A stretch of DNA of 22,034 nt from a virus. Its lineage: Duplodnaviria > Heunggongvirae > Uroviricota > Caudoviricetes. This document shows, piece by piece, positions 9,801 through 21,950 of the stretch. The first letter of the stretch is position 1, and the number at the start of each line of letters is the position of its first letter. The stretch lies in IMG/VR virus record IMGVR_UViG_2690316286_000005. One strand, 5' to 3'. Below the pieces are notes generated by a model. The model was not told the DNA's origin, made no database searches, and saw only the letters and a program-made list of their open reading frames with translations. The translations under genes were made by a program, and so were the position numbers.

Positions 9801-11285
9801 TTACTGGACCTCCGTGGATGCAATAACAAGTTTCTGGATACTACCGCCGTCACAGTACCAGAGCGTACAGGACGGACTGCTACGGGTTGCCCGCAAAGAG
9901 GGAAGCATATCGCCGATATACAGGTAATAGCCGGTGGCAAACAACGTTGAAGAAACATCTGCCCCCACAACATTGTTAATCTGTTTCTTCTGCGCCTCCG
10001 TCAGTGTCACCCCTTCACGGATCCCTCCCCAGCGTTTGTACTGCTGGATAACGTCACTCATTGACGCTGCAACCAGCGCCCGCCCTTCATTGTTGTAGGG
10101 GATCGTCTGGTTTGACTTGAATAACGCGATCACCGCCCCCTGCAAACTGGCATTCAGCCAGATTTGCCCGCAGAAACTGTCCAGCCATTTAAAATCACCG
10201 GTAATAGTGCCATCCGCCCAGTAATCTTCCACCACACTGTTTTCCGCATATTTTCCGTAGAAATTGTAACCTGCGGCGATCAGCGCATCATAATCGCTGC
10301 CACTGGTAACATCAGCGGCCAGCCCCTCATACTCGCGGAACTTGAATGATACACGCCCCTCTGGTCGGACAAAATCAAGGCACGCTGCATACCCCAGTAC
10401 CGCTGCAGCCCGGTTACCATCAGTCGCGAAAACAGGTACAACAGAGCTGTAGTTATTGACAGCAATTATCTGGTAAGCGATGTGTTCAGTACTGCCTTTT
10501 ACTCTGGCGTTGCCGCTGGTTGTCCATGCCACATAAAAGTAACGCTTGCCCTGCCCGTTTGCCCATGCAGAAAACGCCAGGTGTTGCTCGTCAGTGACCT
10601 CAGATACCGTGGAAAAACCCGCCCATTGCTGGGAAGCGGCCTTAATGGCTGCCATTGTGTCAGGGACATCAGATACAGGCGCGCCCCGGGATATCACCGC
10701 ACCGGTGTTACTGGTCATCTTCAGGAGTTCTGCTGCCGATCCACTGCCGAACGTTATCGTGGTACTCCCGGGTTTCGCCCCGGCGACAGTAATGACAAAA
10801 GCATTCTGTGTGGTATCGAATACCACTGTAGCCACTGCTGCGGTCAGCGCTGTCTGTAGTGCCGTTGCAGCAGCGGCGAAGCTGGCGACACCGTTAAAAT
10901 TCACTTCAATGCTGACGCTTTTCCCGTTAATACTCAGCATCAGCGTGCCGGAAAGTTTTTGTAGCTGTTCAACAGTCGCGCCCTTAAACGAACCGCTACG
11001 TAACCAGGCCGCCGATGGGGCAGGACTGAAACGGGAAAACAACAATTGCCCCGGCGTCCTGGTGGCATTTTTGAAGCCCTGGAAATAAAGCTGAGCGCGT
11101 GCGTACTCATCGGATAATGCACCAAAATACGCGGCCACATCATCCGGAGAGGAAAACGGAACCACAGTGCCGACCGGAAGTAACGGATTACTGGTCAACA
11201 GCAGACCGTTAAGATCGACGGCATTACCCGCCACAGCCAGCACACCGGGATTTATCTGTACATCTTTACTGAGTGGAATTGGCAT
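9801..11285 (-). CDS. tail sheath protein (DUF3383-like)
   Basis: 494-aa ORF, ATG at 11285, followed by tube, chaperone and tape measure genes, which is the canonical contractile-tail order. Confidence 0.7.
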   Translation of the reverse strand: MPIPLSKDVQINPGVLAVAGNAVDLNGLLLTSNPLLPVGTVVPFSSPDDVAAYFGALSDEYARAQLYFQGFKNATRTPGQLLFSRFSPAPSAAWLRSGSFKGATVEQLQKLSGTLMLSINGKSVSIEVNFNGVASFAAAATALQTALTAAVATVVFDTTQNAFVITVAGAKPGSTTITFGSGSAAELLKMTSNTGAVISRGAPVSDVPDTMAAIKAASQQWAGFSTVSEVTDEQHLAFSAWANGQGKRYFYVAWTTSGNARVKGSTEHIAYQIIAVNNYSSVVPVFATDGNRAAAVLGYAACLDFVRPEGRVSFKFREYEGLAADVTSGSDYDALIAAGYNFYGKYAENSVVEDYWADGTITGDFKWLDSFCGQIWLNASLQGAVIALFKSNQTIPYNNEGRALVAASMSDVIQQYKRWGGIREGVTLTEAQKKQINNVVGADVSSTLFATGYYLYIGDMLPSLRATRSSPSCTLWYCDGGSIQKLVIASTEVQ

Positions 11286-11811
11286 TATCAGCCTCCGTTG
11301 TCCGGGTGATCACGTTGTCAAAAAACATCAGGGAAGTTGTGACCACAGGGTTAATCTGCATCTGAATATCAAGCGTCCAGCGCGGTTCATACTGTTGCTG
11401 ACCGTTGGGGAATGTGGTGTTAAAGGGCTCTGAGCAATACAGCGGGGAAATCAGCCCACCGCCCTGCCGGAAAAGCCGTACGGAAAATTCAGACCGGAAA
11501 AGCGTTGCCAGCACCTGCGCGTTATCTGCCGCGTGAGGGCCGTAGAAATCAAGCTGGCAACGCCATTTTGTGGTACGGGTGATATGCTGAGAGCCCTCAC
11601 CAGCCTGCGCTGGCGCAGAATATGCCACTACCGCAGTGGATAATCCGGTAACATCAATGCCCGTCATGGTGATGAAATTCCCCTGAGGCATCGGGACCTG
11701 GTTCTGCTGCGTTCGTTCAATCCCGGCATCAGAAAAAAGCCCCCGGAGATAATCACCGAGGGCCTGATAAAGAGCGCTTTCCGTAACGGAGAGGGTCACA
11801 CCTGAAGGCAT
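11266..11811 (-). CDS. hypothetical neck / tail-completion protein
   Basis: 181-aa ORF with ATG at 11811, between head-completion genes and sheath gene; 16-nt overlap with upstream gene. Confidence 0.55.
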   Translation of the reverse strand: MPSGVTLSVTESALYQALGDYLRGLFSDAGIERTQQNQVPMPQGNFITMTGIDVTGLSTAVVAYSAPAQAGEGSQHITRTTKWRCQLDFYGPHAADNAQVLATLFRSEFSVRLFRQGGGLISPLYCSEPFNTTFPNGQQQYEPRWTLDIQMQINPVVTTSLMFFDNVITRTTEADNANSTQ

Positions 11812-12161
11812 ACAATAACCCTCGTCCAGTCAGGCCAGATTTCCGGTACCTCAATCACCAGCCACGTTTCATCGCCAATAACAAATTTATCGCCTCCCTG
11901 TTGCCGGGCACGGTTAAGCCCGCACCAGTTACCATCGGTATACAATGTGGCGAAAACTCCCTGCTGGTTAAGATTATCAAGATGACGTAAATCAGCCTGG
12001 GTGACAGCCTGCTTTTGCACCCTGACGGAAACCGGATCTTCATACTCAGGTACGCGGGAATAATCTGCCTGCTGTGTACTCCCGCGGGAACGATAAACCA
12101 GCGCGTCTGTAAAGGGATTTACCCGACGTACTGCGCCGGAAACAATACCGTGAAAGTTCAT
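11796..12161 (-). CDS. hypothetical head-tail joining protein
   Basis: 121-aa ORF with ATG at 12161 overlapping the upstream stop (ATGA). Confidence 0.55.
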   Translation of the reverse strand: MNFHGIVSGAVRRVNPFTDALVYRSRGSTQQADYSRVPEYEDPVSVRVQKQAVTQADLRHLDNLNQQGVFATLYTDGNWCGLNRARQQGGDKFVIGDETWLVIEVPEIWPDWTRVIVCLQV

Positions 12162-12742
12162 TTTTTGCCCCCGTCTACAGAATAATCAACGCTGTCCATC
12201 ATATGTCCGGTTTCAATAAGCGGGTTGTTAAAACCCTTTTGCCGGGCAGTGGATGCAGCGTTGGGCGGACTTTCCCAGTCGCGAACAGACATCTGCAACT
12301 GCCCTTTGATATGTTCTCCCATACACACCAGAGCGGTCGCAGTATCAAAATCATTCGCCCGTAATAAGGTCGCCATTTTTTCGCCCCATTCGGGACTTTT
12401 ATGTTCGATCATCTTACGGAAGAACGGACGGGGGGGAATGGTGACCGTGTGCTCAGGAATAACCACATCCTGAACAAAATTCCCTTTACCGGCTTTGACA
12501 AAGCGGTGCCCGGTTTCTCCCGTTTTTTCGTTATAGCGAAAGTGGAGCGTCTGCTCACGGGCGGGTATGACCGCTCTTCCACCAAACTCCTGAACTGCGG
12601 CAATATAAGCCACTGACGTACCGTCAGGGTAAGTTGCTCCCTCAAGAAAACCCACTTTGAGTTTTTTACCCAATGAAAGGTTCGCGGCAACCTGTTTCAG
12701 CTTCTGCCGGAACTGTTTGCCACCTGTGACTTTATTTACCAT
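12158..12742 (-). CDS. head-tail connector / tail completion protein (HK97 gp10-like)
   Basis: ORF-track start at 13012 would overlap the upstream gene by 280 nt; the ATG at 12742 is preceded by GGGAGG and overlaps by only 11 nt, giving 194 aa. Family name recalled, not searched. Confidence 0.5.
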   Translation of the reverse strand: MVNKVTGGKQFRQKLKQVAANLSLGKKLKVGFLEGATYPDGTSVAYIAAVQEFGGRAVIPAREQTLHFRYNEKTGETGHRFVKAGKGNFVQDVVIPEHTVTIPPRPFFRKMIEHKSPEWGEKMATLLRANDFDTATALVCMGEHIKGQLQMSVRDWESPPNAASTARQKGFNNPLIETGHMMDSVDYSVDGGKK

Positions 12743-13190
12743 CGACGCCCCTCCCGTATCCCCGGTAATAATGCCCCGGATATCGCGAAGGTGACCCCCC
12801 GGAATGATACTGCATTGAGCGGTATGGCGCTGTCGCCTGCCAGTAGTCAGCACCCCAGGGGGTCTGGAGATACCACCACGACGCATCATTACTGCCGCTA
12901 TTATCCACCGATACCGATACAGAACCTTCCGACGCACTGGTGATACGCCCCACCAGACCAGCCTGCCCGTCTCTCCCGTTTCCCAGCCCCCGCAATGCGC
13001 ACAGATGCGCAACCAGCAGGAACAGAAGCTGTTCCCGCTCCTTCAGGTCGGTAACCGGACTGTCGTCCGTGTTATCCAGGTACAACGCGGTCGCCTGGTT
13101 AAACACCGCCGTCAGTAGCTCCGGTGTCACCATGGAAAACTCCGGGTACAGACTGACAAACATCCGACAGTCAAACGTCACCGTACCCAT
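12732..13190 (-). CDS. DUF4054-like phage head protein
   Basis: 152-aa ORF, ATG at 13190 preceded by AGGAG; N-terminal pattern YPEF followed by ALYLD and LLVAHLCAL resembles DUF4054 members as I recall them. Confidence 0.55.
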   Translation of the reverse strand: MGTVTFDCRMFVSLYPEFSMVTPELLTAVFNQATALYLDNTDDSPVTDLKEREQLLFLLVAHLCALRGLGNGRDGQAGLVGRITSASEGSVSVSVDNSGSNDASWWYLQTPWGADYWQATAPYRSMQYHSGGSPSRYPGHYYRGYGRGVDGK

Positions 13191-13195
13191 AGCGT

Positions 13196-13543
13196 TTACT
13201 CCTGAGGTTTACCCATCACTTCATCATTGCGGTTAACGCCCGGAGCCGGATTTTTCTGCGGCAGCGGTTCAAGGCCGGATTTAACGGCTTTCTGCTCCGT
13301 AGCCTGCGAGACTGCACTGTTCGCCTTATCCTGCGCAAAAATAACGCCATTTTTCACATAAGGTTGCTGTCCGTGCTCCGCCAGCCAGGCGTCAAAAAAC
13401 ACCTTATCGACCTGCGTCAGACCATAGCCCCCCACAATTTTAACCGCGTTATTCCGCCAGCCTGCCACCTGAACCCGTTTCTGACCCACTTCCAGCACCA
13501 GACCGTTCGGCAGTTTGCAGCCCACTGTTACCATTTCAGCCAT
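13196..13543 (-). CDS. hypothetical head protein
   Basis: 115-aa ORF immediately after the major capsid gene; ATG at 13543. Confidence 0.55.
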   Translation of the reverse strand: MAEMVTVGCKLPNGLVLEVGQKRVQVAGWRNNAVKIVGGYGLTQVDKVFFDAWLAEHGQQPYVKNGVIFAQDKANSAVSQATEQKAVKSGLEPLPQKNPAPGVNRNDEVMGKPQE

Positions 13544-13546
13544 AAC

Positions 13547-14575
13547 TCACACCCCCAGCATTTGTGCATACGCCAGCGGCTGGCGAATAATCGCCCCCCA
13601 GGTACCAGCGGATTTTTTCTGTTTCCAGGAAGACGTATCTGCCACTACCGCATGGGCGCGCATTTTTTCAGTGAAAGCGCAATAGCCTGTATCCTGTTCA
13701 CCCAGACGCTCCGCGATAAGCTGTACCAGCTCGCCAGCGTCAGAGGTGTATTCCACCGCCGTTTCAATGGTCATCGCCGGGAAATTTTTCGCCAGCAGAT
13801 CGGACACGTTAACCCTGTACTGGTTTGTTTTGGTGAGGTTCACCTCTGCCAGCGGCGACATGCACAGTTTCATTTTGTCGGTACGCTCAATATGACCGTT
13901 AGTCTGTTTCACCAGTTGCTTAAAGAGTTTCACGATATCGTCATACACGCCCTGTCCGTCCTTGTCGTCCCACTTCAGTTTACCGTCAACGGTATCCGGG
14001 GTGATTGGTGCAGATAACGACGGATCATTCAGCAAACCGTAGTTCGTCAGTCCGGCAATACCGTAGAAATAGGACTTATTCTGGAACTTATTCAGCGTCA
14101 GTGCTGACGCCACGTTCAGCTCTGCCGCCCAGCCAATACGGGCTGCGCCGTACATCTCCAGCTCACGTTCGCCCCATACGGTGAAGGTCTGGAAGTGATA
14201 GCTCTGGCGCGGTACCCAGTTGACGTTTGCGCTTACCACCCCGTTGTTGCTGTAATCCCCGTAGGAACTCACCTCCCCGTCAGATTCTGCAATCGGGAAT
14301 TGTGCCGACAGTGTCGTCCAGTCACCTTTTTTGGTTTCGCCCAGAATCTGAGCGGCTTTCATCGGCGTCACCAGCACGCGGATCAGTTCTGGCTCAACGT
14401 AATTGGTGAAATACGCAGGGATACCGCTGTTAGCCGCTGTGACCAGCGCAGGCTGCGCGTCCATCGCCAGTCCGTAATCGGCGGCGTACTCCTTCGGCAA
14501 ATAAGCCTGTGCTCCGGGAAGAATAATCCCGTAGTCGCGACTTGCCGTCGCATAATGCTGTTTAAATTTATTCAT
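13547..14575 (-). CDS. major capsid protein (DUF2184-like)
   Basis: 342-aa ORF, ATG at 14575 overlapping upstream stop; position after MuF, DUF2213 and a small structural gene matches the known head module of this type. Confidence 0.75.
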   Translation of the reverse strand: MNKFKQHYATASRDYGIILPGAQAYLPKEYAADYGLAMDAQPALVTAANSGIPAYFTNYVEPELIRVLVTPMKAAQILGETKKGDWTTLSAQFPIAESDGEVSSYGDYSNNGVVSANVNWVPRQSYHFQTFTVWGERELEMYGAARIGWAAELNVASALTLNKFQNKSYFYGIAGLTNYGLLNDPSLSAPITPDTVDGKLKWDDKDGQGVYDDIVKLFKQLVKQTNGHIERTDKMKLCMSPLAEVNLTKTNQYRVNVSDLLAKNFPAMTIETAVEYTSDAGELVQLIAERLGEQDTGYCAFTEKMRAHAVVADTSSWKQKKSAGTWGAIIRQPLAYAQMLGV

Positions 14576-15057
14576 TATTTGCTCCAGGTACTGATCTTAA
14601 TGACTTCTTTTGCCGCCGCAGCGCTGGCAACGGAAAACCAGGTTTCGACAAACCCCGCCATCGAGGTGCCAGCCGCCCCCGTGGCTATCTCCCCGGTGGC
14701 CAGTGAGGCAAATACTTTCTGCCCGATCGTCGCAGTAGTGGTGGTCAGCGCCCAGAAATCCCCCGACACCATCAGGGTGCATTCACGCCCCGGATAAATG
14801 GTGTTCGAGTCCCCGGCCAGCCATTCCACAATGGAAGCCTGCCCGTCACGAGGAACAAAACCCGCCGGTGCGCCGGCCCCCTTATTAGCGGCAACACCTT
14901 TGGTTACCCAGGCAAACCGGGCAATTACCAGCCCGTCAGGGCCGGTAATCAGCCCGCCATCTCCCGCCACATACGAGGCATGAGGGTTAGCACTGGCAAA
15001 CGCCCCCGGAATACCCGGTGCCGGGTACTGGTTCATGTGTGTCTGAAAAGTATTCAT
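14575..15057 (-). CDS. head structural / decoration protein (DUF2190-like?)
   Basis: 160-aa Gly/Ala-rich ORF between the DUF2213 gene and the capsid gene; ATG at 15057. Confidence 0.6.
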   Translation of the reverse strand: MNTFQTHMNQYPAPGIPGAFASANPHASYVAGDGGLITGPDGLVIARFAWVTKGVAANKGAGAPAGFVPRDGQASIVEWLAGDSNTIYPGRECTLMVSGDFWALTTTTATIGQKVFASLATGEIATGAAGTSMAGFVETWFSVASAAAAKEVIKISTWSK

Positions 15058-15058
15058 A

Positions 15059-16408
15059 TCAGTAACCTCGTTTCAGTTTTGCACCGGGGAAATCTGCCGC
15101 AAACGTCGATGCGCTGGCCTGATCCATCGCCACACGGGGAGAGGATTTGGCCGTCTGCTTCTGCTCAACGGCAAACTTCACCATGCTGCGGTACGCACCG
15201 GGGTGAATACCCTGGATATCGATCCCCGTCTGTTCCAGCGCGGTACGGTAAACATCTTCGGCGCAGTCCATCGCCACCACATCGCCAATCAGCGGTCGCA
15301 CTTCAGCTTCAGCCACACGGACGGCGCGGAAATTTTCAGCAGCCCGTTTCGTTGCCTGGTCAGTTGCCAGCCTGATTGCTGCATCCATCGCAGGTTTATC
15401 GACTTTCACATCGTCGGGTTTCACATCAGCCTCTTTTGTTTCGGGGGCTTCGTCGGTTGTCGGAGACAGTGCGGATTTAATTTTTTCCAGCACATCATCA
15501 GGAACTTTGCCGGACAGCAACGCCAGTACACTTTCCATCGGGCTGTCGGTATCAAATGCCTTCGACTCGTCAGTTAACCCGGTATCATCATCCCCGACCA
15601 GCTCCGGTACGGCTTCTGCTGATTCCATCAGTTGCGCCAGCTCCGCCGGTTCAATATCCATATCCTGTGCCAGCCGTTCGCTGTAAGCAGTTTTTACCGC
15701 GCTGGCGATAGCTGCCGGACGCTTATACTGCGCCATCAGGCGTAACAAATCCCCGGGAGCCGCATCCTGCGCCAGACGCGGCGCAAGATAGGTTCCCAGC
15801 GCGGTAAGCACCGCCACTTCTTTTTTACTCAGTTTCATGCGTTTTAGCTCCTGAGGGAGAGAGTCCATAACAAGACAGTCCGACCCTACCCGGCCATCGC
15901 CGACCAGGGCCACATGATTTCCCACGATATTCCGCATAACGCCGTCATACGGCTCACCGTCGGGGGTGGTTCCCGGCGTCATATCTGCCACATAGGCATA
16001 TGACGATGAGATTTCCCGTTGTTCATCCGTTTCTATCCCCGCGATGGCGGAGTTGTCCCAGATGGACATGCCGTTAACCAGATAGGTACCGTCAAACTCG
16101 CTGTTGGCATGAGTCGTCCCCACCCGGTACTCGCGCGCGGGCGCGCCCGGATAATCGGGTTTGTGTCGGCACAGGACGGGAATATTGTTGAAGGTTGAAA
16201 CTGCCTTGCGCAGTTCATCGGGGTCACGGTAAAGCTGATAAAGTTTTTTGGGGTCGAGTCCCAGCGCTTCCGCCCCCGGTATTTCATACCCGAAATAACC
16301 GCAGACGTTCGCCTTGCTGAGATTACTGCGCTCAATCTGGAGGCGACCGACTTTATCGAACTGCCTTACCGATGCCCGGTCAAACGCCAGCATTTCGGTA
16401 ATAATCAT
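15059..16408 (-). CDS. DUF2213-like protein (putative scaffold/protease of the head module)
   Basis: ORF-track start at 16480 is a GTG; the ATG at 16408 overlaps the MuF stop (ATGA) and follows GGAG at 5-nt spacing, giving 449 aa. Acidic Ala-rich C-terminal half is scaffold-like. Confidence 0.7.
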   Translation of the reverse strand: MIITEMLAFDRASVRQFDKVGRLQIERSNLSKANVCGYFGYEIPGAEALGLDPKKLYQLYRDPDELRKAVSTFNNIPVLCRHKPDYPGAPAREYRVGTTHANSEFDGTYLVNGMSIWDNSAIAGIETDEQREISSSYAYVADMTPGTTPDGEPYDGVMRNIVGNHVALVGDGRVGSDCLVMDSLPQELKRMKLSKKEVAVLTALGTYLAPRLAQDAAPGDLLRLMAQYKRPAAIASAVKTAYSERLAQDMDIEPAELAQLMESAEAVPELVGDDDTGLTDESKAFDTDSPMESVLALLSGKVPDDVLEKIKSALSPTTDEAPETKEADVKPDDVKVDKPAMDAAIRLATDQATKRAAENFRAVRVAEAEVRPLIGDVVAMDCAEDVYRTALEQTGIDIQGIHPGAYRSMVKFAVEQKQTAKSSPRVAMDQASASTFAADFPGAKLKRGY

Positions 16409-17175
16409 TTTTTCTCCAGTCCGGGAATAACGGCCTCCCAGCCACACCGGCAGTTGATTTCTTCGCCCGGCAGTACCCACTTACCATCCAGAAACATCCC
16501 CTTTCGCAGGTCAAACCGTTTACCGTTCGCCTTCACATGCGACGGACGCCATGTTTTACCCGCGCGGGAATGCCTCCAGACACCTTCAGTGATACCCACC
16601 GAACGCTGTCTGGCGGCCTGCATTACCGACGTTGCCTTATTGTTCTGGTCGCGGGCAATCAGCGCCGCGCGCCGTCGTGTGATGCCGTAACGTTTTTCCA
16701 GTTCATCGGTCAGCGTTTTCAGGTCACGTCCCCGGCCAACAGACTGCATGACCAGTGTTTCCACCTGGGTGAGATGTTGCTGCGGGATGGAGCGAATGAG
16801 GTTCACATTCTCCGTGATGCTGGCCTGAAGTGCGGTATTCATCTCCGTTGTCATACGGAAAGGAACCGTAAACCCGGCATCACGGAGCGCAGTGTACAGT
16901 GACGCATCGCTGTTTTTCAGGACATCACCGGCAAACCGCCTCGCCAGCCGCAGGGCCATTTCGTCAAAATTTTTCTGCCAGCGCCGGGCAAGTTGCTGCA
17001 TGGCACCACGCATCAGGTTAACGGGGGACGCATCCTGCGCGAGGTCTGTTTTACGGTACTCAGCCCGCAGCCAGTAAAGTACACTGTTGTGCATCCCACT
17101 GACGGCATTATCCAGTTGTCTGCGGTACCAGGCCTCAATCCCCGCGTTGGGTGAAATCCGCCTCAGGGTCTGCAT
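16405..17175 (-). CDS. Mu F-like / SPP1 gp7-like head morphogenesis protein
   Basis: ORF-track start at 17226 is a TTG overlapping the portal by 92 nt; the first ATG is at 17175 (alternative ATG at 17094). Position directly after portal is characteristic. Confidence 0.75.
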   Translation of the reverse strand: MQTLRRISPNAGIEAWYRRQLDNAVSGMHNSVLYWLRAEYRKTDLAQDASPVNLMRGAMQQLARRWQKNFDEMALRLARRFAGDVLKNSDASLYTALRDAGFTVPFRMTTEMNTALQASITENVNLIRSIPQQHLTQVETLVMQSVGRGRDLKTLTDELEKRYGITRRRAALIARDQNNKATSVMQAARQRSVGITEGVWRHSRAGKTWRPSHVKANGKRFDLRKGMFLDGKWVLPGEEINCRCGWEAVIPGLEKK

Positions 17176-18676
17176 TCGGGCCTTGCGGCGGATTTTCTTC
17201 GGTGTTGTCAATTTCAGTGTCGTCAATTTCGATGTCCCCGCTCAGGTCAATACCGCTGTACGGGCTGTCCTGCGCAGTCGCCAGCCGTTCGCGTACTTCG
17301 TTATTGGTCACTGCTCCGGTGCTCTCATAAATCTGATCCGTTTCCGCCTCAGTTTTACGGATATTCGCCAGTTGCTCACGCGTCAGTTCATGCAGGGGTT
17401 CAAATTCAAACGTGATATCAGGATCGATATCGCCGAACTCAGACAACTGGATAATATCCAGCACCTTTTTCAGCGGTTTCTTCAGAAGACGGGTGGCAAG
17501 TGCAGCAATGGTGTCGTAAAACACCCGGATTTCACCCTCACTCGACGCATTCAGTCCCGTTGGGCTCAGCCCGGCGAATTTTACGGACGGTATGGCACTG
17601 ACAAAGAACATGTGTTCCTGTGCCTGCGCCTGAAGGGTGTCGAGGCCGCTCAGGGGAGTGTTGAACTGGAAAAACTCTTCGTTCGTCTTGTCCAGCATCA
17701 GCAGCCCGCGGTTATCACGGGTACGGTTAAACAACTCCGCGCGTTTTGCGTAATTCGGGTCCCTTTTACCACTTAATACCTGTGTCATATCCGTCTTAAT
17801 CCCGCTCAGCGAAAACGAATGCAGCATATCGCCCACGCTGTCGCGTGTTCGCAGCCAGTTATCAACATAAGGCTCAGCAATCTGAACCAGTGACAGGCCG
17901 CCAAAGTTGTAGGCCGGCTTCAGCATGTCCGGAACCGGACGGGAGATCAGATCAATCATGCGGCTGGCGTGAACCGTTTTTCCCATTACGTACCATTCGG
18001 ACGGACGGTAAAAATCATCACTCAGCGGATTATCCGCGTTATATATACCCGGATACGTCCAGACGGGTTCAATAACACGAAGCCCCAGCAGGGAACCTTT
18101 CGGGATTTTTTTGTCGGAAATAAACAGTCCGGATCCCAGCTCCGCCGGGTCAGTCCAGGCAGATATACCCGATGGCGAACGCACATCAATATAAATCTGC
18201 CCTCGCCCGAAAAAGCCGTCGTGCTCAATCGCCAGTCTGAAAACGTCCTGTACGTTATAGTGCTCCAGTGCGTCAGTAAGCTGCGCTATGCGTGACGCGT
18301 GGCTGTCGTCCCCTTCTCCGACCGCCTTAACCTTTATCCACTTACGGGTCATCTCCTCGGCAAGCACACTGACCATACGCCGGTACTCCGGTAACTGCGC
18401 CTGAAGTGCCAGATACGGATAGCCCGGGAAACCACCATAAACAAAATCAGGATAATGACTGTTCAGGGTGTCATACGGTGTTGCATCCATTGCCAGCACA
18501 GCGTCGCGAACCGGTGCCGGGATAACGCCCGGTGGTGGCTCATAGCGAACAAACTCCCTCCGTGGTTTCTGCCGGACGGAAGCAATCACCTCATCGTTAA
18601 TTTCCGGTGGCTGTGGTTCAGGTTGTTTGTCCGGTACCGCCGGCGCTGACGGTTCTTTTCGTTTAAACGGCCACAT
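17135..18676 (-). CDS. portal protein (DUF1073-like)
   Basis: ORF-track start at 18685 is a GTG; the ATG at 18676 overlaps the terminase stop by 1 nt. About 513 aa with acidic C-terminal tail, immediately after terminase large subunit. Confidence 0.8.
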   Translation of the reverse strand: MWPFKRKEPSAPAVPDKQPEPQPPEINDEVIASVRQKPRREFVRYEPPPGVIPAPVRDAVLAMDATPYDTLNSHYPDFVYGGFPGYPYLALQAQLPEYRRMVSVLAEEMTRKWIKVKAVGEGDDSHASRIAQLTDALEHYNVQDVFRLAIEHDGFFGRGQIYIDVRSPSGISAWTDPAELGSGLFISDKKIPKGSLLGLRVIEPVWTYPGIYNADNPLSDDFYRPSEWYVMGKTVHASRMIDLISRPVPDMLKPAYNFGGLSLVQIAEPYVDNWLRTRDSVGDMLHSFSLSGIKTDMTQVLSGKRDPNYAKRAELFNRTRDNRGLLMLDKTNEEFFQFNTPLSGLDTLQAQAQEHMFFVSAIPSVKFAGLSPTGLNASSEGEIRVFYDTIAALATRLLKKPLKKVLDIIQLSEFGDIDPDITFEFEPLHELTREQLANIRKTEAETDQIYESTGAVTNNEVRERLATAQDSPYSGIDLSGDIEIDDTEIDNTEENPPQGPNADPEADFTQRGD

Positions 18677-20295
18677 CAGATCCACTCCATAAAGTCATCA
18701 GAAATTACGATGGGCATTTCCATCGGGGCATAAGCAATCATCACAGAATCAGCCAGGTTTGGAGATTTCGTTCCGTCAGGTTGCTTATCCACAAGAATTT
18801 TTCCGGTGGCATTTTTTGACCAGGTAGGTTGTGACAGCTCCATCAACAGCCGGTCTTTATTTTCCATTGTGCTGCTGATGGAAATAATCTCATCCGGGTC
18901 ATACTCCATACCCTGTAGTGCACGAAATGTATTGCGGAATAATTTGCGAAGATGCCACCACCCCTGGGCTTTGGCATTGACAAAAAAGTCCTTATTCAGA
19001 CGAGCCGGTTTACCATTATCACCGGGAACAGCTTCATTTTCAGGATGAAACACGCTCCCGCTGCCCCGGAATGGAGTGGCGGTGATTTGACAGATGCCCT
19101 CCGCTTCACGCAGTTCGTTGATAGCGCGCGCATCACCACGAACGCCAGCACCCAATCCGTCCTCATCAAAGCGAAACTCATCGGCACCAAAGTCATCGCA
19201 CAGACCAAAAACCTTAACCACAGAGTCATAGATGTCACTCCCCTTACCTGACCACTCCTGTACGTCATTCAGCAGGATGCCATAACGGAGCGAACAGGCG
19301 TTTTTATCCCGCCCTTCGTCGGCGACATCCATTGCACCAAGCCGTTGGCCGCCGGGCGGAATGCCCAGTCTGATATGTGCATCAACCGCAGCCTGTACCC
19401 ATTCTGAGGGGATCAGGATGCCTTCTGCTGATGCCTGGTAATTAAGATCCAGTTCCTGGGCAACGATGACTGGGTTATCAATTTTCTCGCACTCCTTGTG
19501 ATACCACTCATCGTCTTTACGCGGATCGCTACGCCAGTGAAACGTAAACACCGGGATTTTTCCACTGTGCCGCTTCTGTGCGAAGGGGTTGTTCATGCCG
19601 TTAATCGATGAGAGATCGATACGACATCGGGTTGTCTGGGAAAGCGCGGCATCAATAAGTAATGGTCGCTGGAGAAAAGCAGCCTCATCAACCAGATAAA
19701 GCGTGGTACGGTCACCACGACCAATATTATCGCCAGCCTCGCCTTTGATAACGGCACCAGTTTCAGGAAACTCAACACGCATATATGGCGCGTGCTTCTT
19801 CTCGCTCCACGAACCGCGAAACTCTACAGGTAGTGTTTCCACGAACTTGCGCGCCTTCCAGAACAATGCTTTCGGGTCACCGGTGCTGTCGACGTATTCC
19901 TCTTTACGGGAGCCGAAACCGATAACCATTTCTTTGTTGAAGAGACAAAGCGAGCAGGCCAGTCCGATCGCGGTCCAACTGAGCCCCATTTCACGGGATT
20001 TTTCGGTAATACCATTCTCCCGATTGTTCCAGCGTTCCATAATCCAGTGGATCCACTCCTCCTGCCTAGGGAAGAGTAAAAACGGAATGGTCACCGGCAG
20101 GCCATAATCAATATTACGCGGGTCCGTTGTCATGCCCCAGTCGATGATGAACTGAGCCGGATTGGTTCGGTAAAACTGCTTCAATACGGGCAATATTTCA
20201 GGATTCTGGCGAATGCGCTGTAGGCGTTCCATCCGCCATTCAAAAACCATCTGGTAATCAGGATGTTTAAAATCGAAGGGGAATGGTAACGGCAT
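18676..20295 (-). CDS. terL: terminase large subunit
   Basis: 539-aa ORF, ATG at 20295 two nt after the small subunit stop. Walker B-like LYLVDEAAF and acidic nuclease-like motifs (MDVADEGRD) in the C-terminal half. Confidence 0.85.
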   Translation of the reverse strand: MPLPFPFDFKHPDYQMVFEWRMERLQRIRQNPEILPVLKQFYRTNPAQFIIDWGMTTDPRNIDYGLPVTIPFLLFPRQEEWIHWIMERWNNRENGITEKSREMGLSWTAIGLACSLCLFNKEMVIGFGSRKEEYVDSTGDPKALFWKARKFVETLPVEFRGSWSEKKHAPYMRVEFPETGAVIKGEAGDNIGRGDRTTLYLVDEAAFLQRPLLIDAALSQTTRCRIDLSSINGMNNPFAQKRHSGKIPVFTFHWRSDPRKDDEWYHKECEKIDNPVIVAQELDLNYQASAEGILIPSEWVQAAVDAHIRLGIPPGGQRLGAMDVADEGRDKNACSLRYGILLNDVQEWSGKGSDIYDSVVKVFGLCDDFGADEFRFDEDGLGAGVRGDARAINELREAEGICQITATPFRGSGSVFHPENEAVPGDNGKPARLNKDFFVNAKAQGWWHLRKLFRNTFRALQGMEYDPDEIISISSTMENKDRLLMELSQPTWSKNATGKILVDKQPDGTKSPNLADSVMIAYAPMEMPIVISDDFMEWI

Positions 20296-20297
20296 AC

Positions 20298-20852
20298 TTA
20301 GCCCATCATTTTTCTATACACCTCTGCGGCCTGCTCAGGCGTTAATTTGGTAATTTCTGTTCTGACTGGTCCTCCGTCAGCGCCAGTCACTTCATTTTTG
20401 ACGTTGTCTTTAAACGCCTGAACAGAAACATGGCGCCCAAGCAACTCAAGGTTTTTAACCTTATCAGGCCATTTGATTTTCTTCAGAAGTGCGGCGCTAT
20501 CTGCGGATACCATCTCCACGACATCCATTCCTGATAGCGTTGTGCGCCATACCTTAGGCCAGTCTTTAATGGGCTTTAGCTCACCGTTTTGCAGGAGAAT
20601 GTCGAGCACATCCATCTGGTCGATTTCAACCAATCTACGAAGAACATAGGCGGCATCTATACCCGTCTGCTCAACGCGGGCGGATTTAAGTTCAGCAACG
20701 AATTTTTGAACATTAACATTTGCTAATAATCGAGATGCCTGCTCATTGGCGGTCTTCTCGCTGTAGCCCGCCCTGATAGCTGCCTGTGTGCCGTTCAGAT
20801 CTTTCAGGTACTCACGGGCAAACAGCTCTTGTTTGTCGGTGAGCTTTGCCAT
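20298..20852 (-). CDS. terS: terminase small subunit
   Basis: 184-aa ORF, ATG at 20852 preceded by GGAG; N-terminal [16 protein letters not shown] with [11 protein letters not shown] helix-turn-helix-like segment typical of small terminase subunits. Confidence 0.8.
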   Translation of the reverse strand: MAKLTDKQELFAREYLKDLNGTQAAIRAGYSEKTANEQASRLLANVNVQKFVAELKSARVEQTGIDAAYVLRRLVEIDQMDVLDILLQNGELKPIKDWPKVWRTTLSGMDVVEMVSADSAALLKKIKWPDKVKNLELLGRHVSVQAFKDNVKNEVTGADGGPVRTEITKLTPEQAAEVYRKMMG

Positions 20853-20875
20853 TATTTGTGCTCCGTTTATCCGTT

Positions 20876-20901
20876 AAAAGGGATATCAGTTAAGTTATCC
20901 C
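20876..20901 (-). promoter_or_regulatory. inverted repeat GGGATA-N10-TATCCC followed by TTTT upstream of terS
   Basis: Plus 20880..20885 gggata and 20896..20901 tatccc are reverse complements; on the minus strand the repeat is followed by TTTT (20879..20876), about 25 nt before the terS ATG. Confidence 0.25.
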
Positions 20902-20975
20902 GTGTAGGGTATAAGCCATTATCAAGCCCACCAGTAGATAGGCTTTGTAATGAAGAGCCGTTGTGAAAGTAGCTC

Positions 20976-21188
20976 TCAGGTTGTCATTTTTTCCCTTTTC
21001 TGCCTACCTGCCCACTGTTTTGCAATGTACAGGCAGTCATCGAAAACTCGGCCTTTTCTGCTGGCTTGTGAACAACGGCGGTAATGCTCCACCGCCATGT
21101 CAGCGCCAGTCATAGCCGCGTTCTGGTCGTACCCAAGCTTTATTAACTCGGTTGTTACATTTTTATGTATGAAATCAATCGGAGTCAT
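20976..21188 (-). CDS. hypothetical small protein (70 aa)
   Basis: ATG at 21188 overlaps the upstream gene stop (ATGA), suggesting translational coupling; no recognisable motif. Confidence 0.45.
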   Translation of the reverse strand: MTPIDFIHKNVTTELIKLGYDQNAAMTGADMAVEHYRRCSQASRKGRVFDDCLYIAKQWAGRQKREKMTT

Positions 21189-21781
21189 GCTGGTTTACCA
21201 TCAGGGAAATCCCCCATGTCACATAGCTTGAACTGAATCAGATCCTTCACAAGCTGCTCAGCCTTTTTAATGGCCTTCTTCTCTTTCTTCCGACGAGTCA
21301 TGAGAGCGCTACCTGCTTGACCGTGCATTTCAAATGAGAACTTCTCAGCAGCCGCGACACGGTTTTGCATTTCGCTGATTGCCATATCGGTCAGGCCAGA
21401 GAAATCGAGGAGGTTAATGTCCTTCCCGCCCTCAAGCTCCGTCATGTGGTCATACACCTGCGCCTGAAGCTCATAGCTGTAGCTCATTGCCATGAGGCAA
21501 GCTTCACGCTTGGGAAAATTGCAAATATCCCTCTCCACAACACCACCTGTTCCGTTGATATAGGTATCAGTTGCAAAAAATTTTGCAGCTGCATCCCCGA
21601 GGACCCTGGGTACTTTCTTCATGAAACTGCGGTGTTCGAGTTTGCGATATTTCTTACAGGGGAACGCAAGCCCCTCCGCCTCCGCTTTGGATTTCCGATC
21701 AGCATTAATGTAATCCACCATCTCAAGACTGCTCATGGTCGGGTATTCGCCAGAAGGAAGAACGGTTAATGATTTGTTCAT
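21185..21781 (-). CDS. putative phage regulatory protein (Rha/antirepressor-like)
   Basis: 198-aa ORF, ATG at 21781 preceded by AAGGAA. N-terminal TMSSLEMVDY and central REACLMAMSYS loosely resemble Rha-family proteins; the CDS call is firm, the family assignment tentative. Confidence 0.5.
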   Translation of the reverse strand: MNKSLTVLPSGEYPTMSSLEMVDYINADRKSKAEAEGLAFPCKKYRKLEHRSFMKKVPRVLGDAAAKFFATDTYINGTGGVVERDICNFPKREACLMAMSYSYELQAQVYDHMTELEGGKDINLLDFSGLTDMAISEMQNRVAAAEKFSFEMHGQAGSALMTRRKKEKKAIKKAEQLVKDLIQFKLCDMGDFPDGKPA

Positions 21782-21924
21782 GTCGGTATTTCCTTTAGAA
21801 AGTTGAACCTGTTCGCACAGAAAAGCCGTCCCCGAAAGGTCCTCACCTATACGGCAGTTCTCAGGCTCAGCTTTCTGAAAGACTCGGGATTGTTACGCGC
21901 TGCGATGCGCGGTTTACTGCGGAC

Positions 21925-21950
21925 ATATAAAAGCCCCGCAAGTGCGAGGC
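21925..21950 (-). terminator. candidate intrinsic terminator (hairpin plus T-tract)
   Basis: Minus strand reads GCCUCGC-ACUU-GCGGGGC (7-bp stem with one G-U pair, plus 21933..21950) followed by UUUUAUAU (plus 21925..21932), about 34 nt after a TAA stop. Confidence 0.4.

Noticed and set aside
13364-14017. Long plus-strand ORFs (13364..14017, 17087..17776, 14195..14797, 10546..11088, 9591..9950 and others)
   Set aside because: Each lies entirely antisense to a minus-strand gene with recognisable phage structural character; their Arg/His/Cys-rich composition is typical of antisense frames in GC-balanced coding DNA. No ribosome-binding site or operon logic supports them.
16409-16480. N-terminal extensions implied by ORF-track starts at 16480, 17226, 18685 and 13012
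   Set aside because: Those starts are GTG/TTG codons or create overlaps of 90-280 nt with upstream genes; downstream ATGs with Shine-Dalgarno sequences and 1-11 nt coupling overlaps are more plausible.
17207-17230. Short direct repeat gtcaatttc (17207..17215 and 17222..17230)
   Set aside because: It lies within coding sequence and simply encodes the repetitive acidic C-terminal tail of the portal protein (…[14 protein letters not shown]…); not a regulatory or mobile-element repeat.
21890-21920. Second small inverted repeat cgcgc-N6-gcgcg near 21896..21911
   Set aside because: Only a 5-bp GC stem with no adjacent T-tract and no obvious context; likely incidental.
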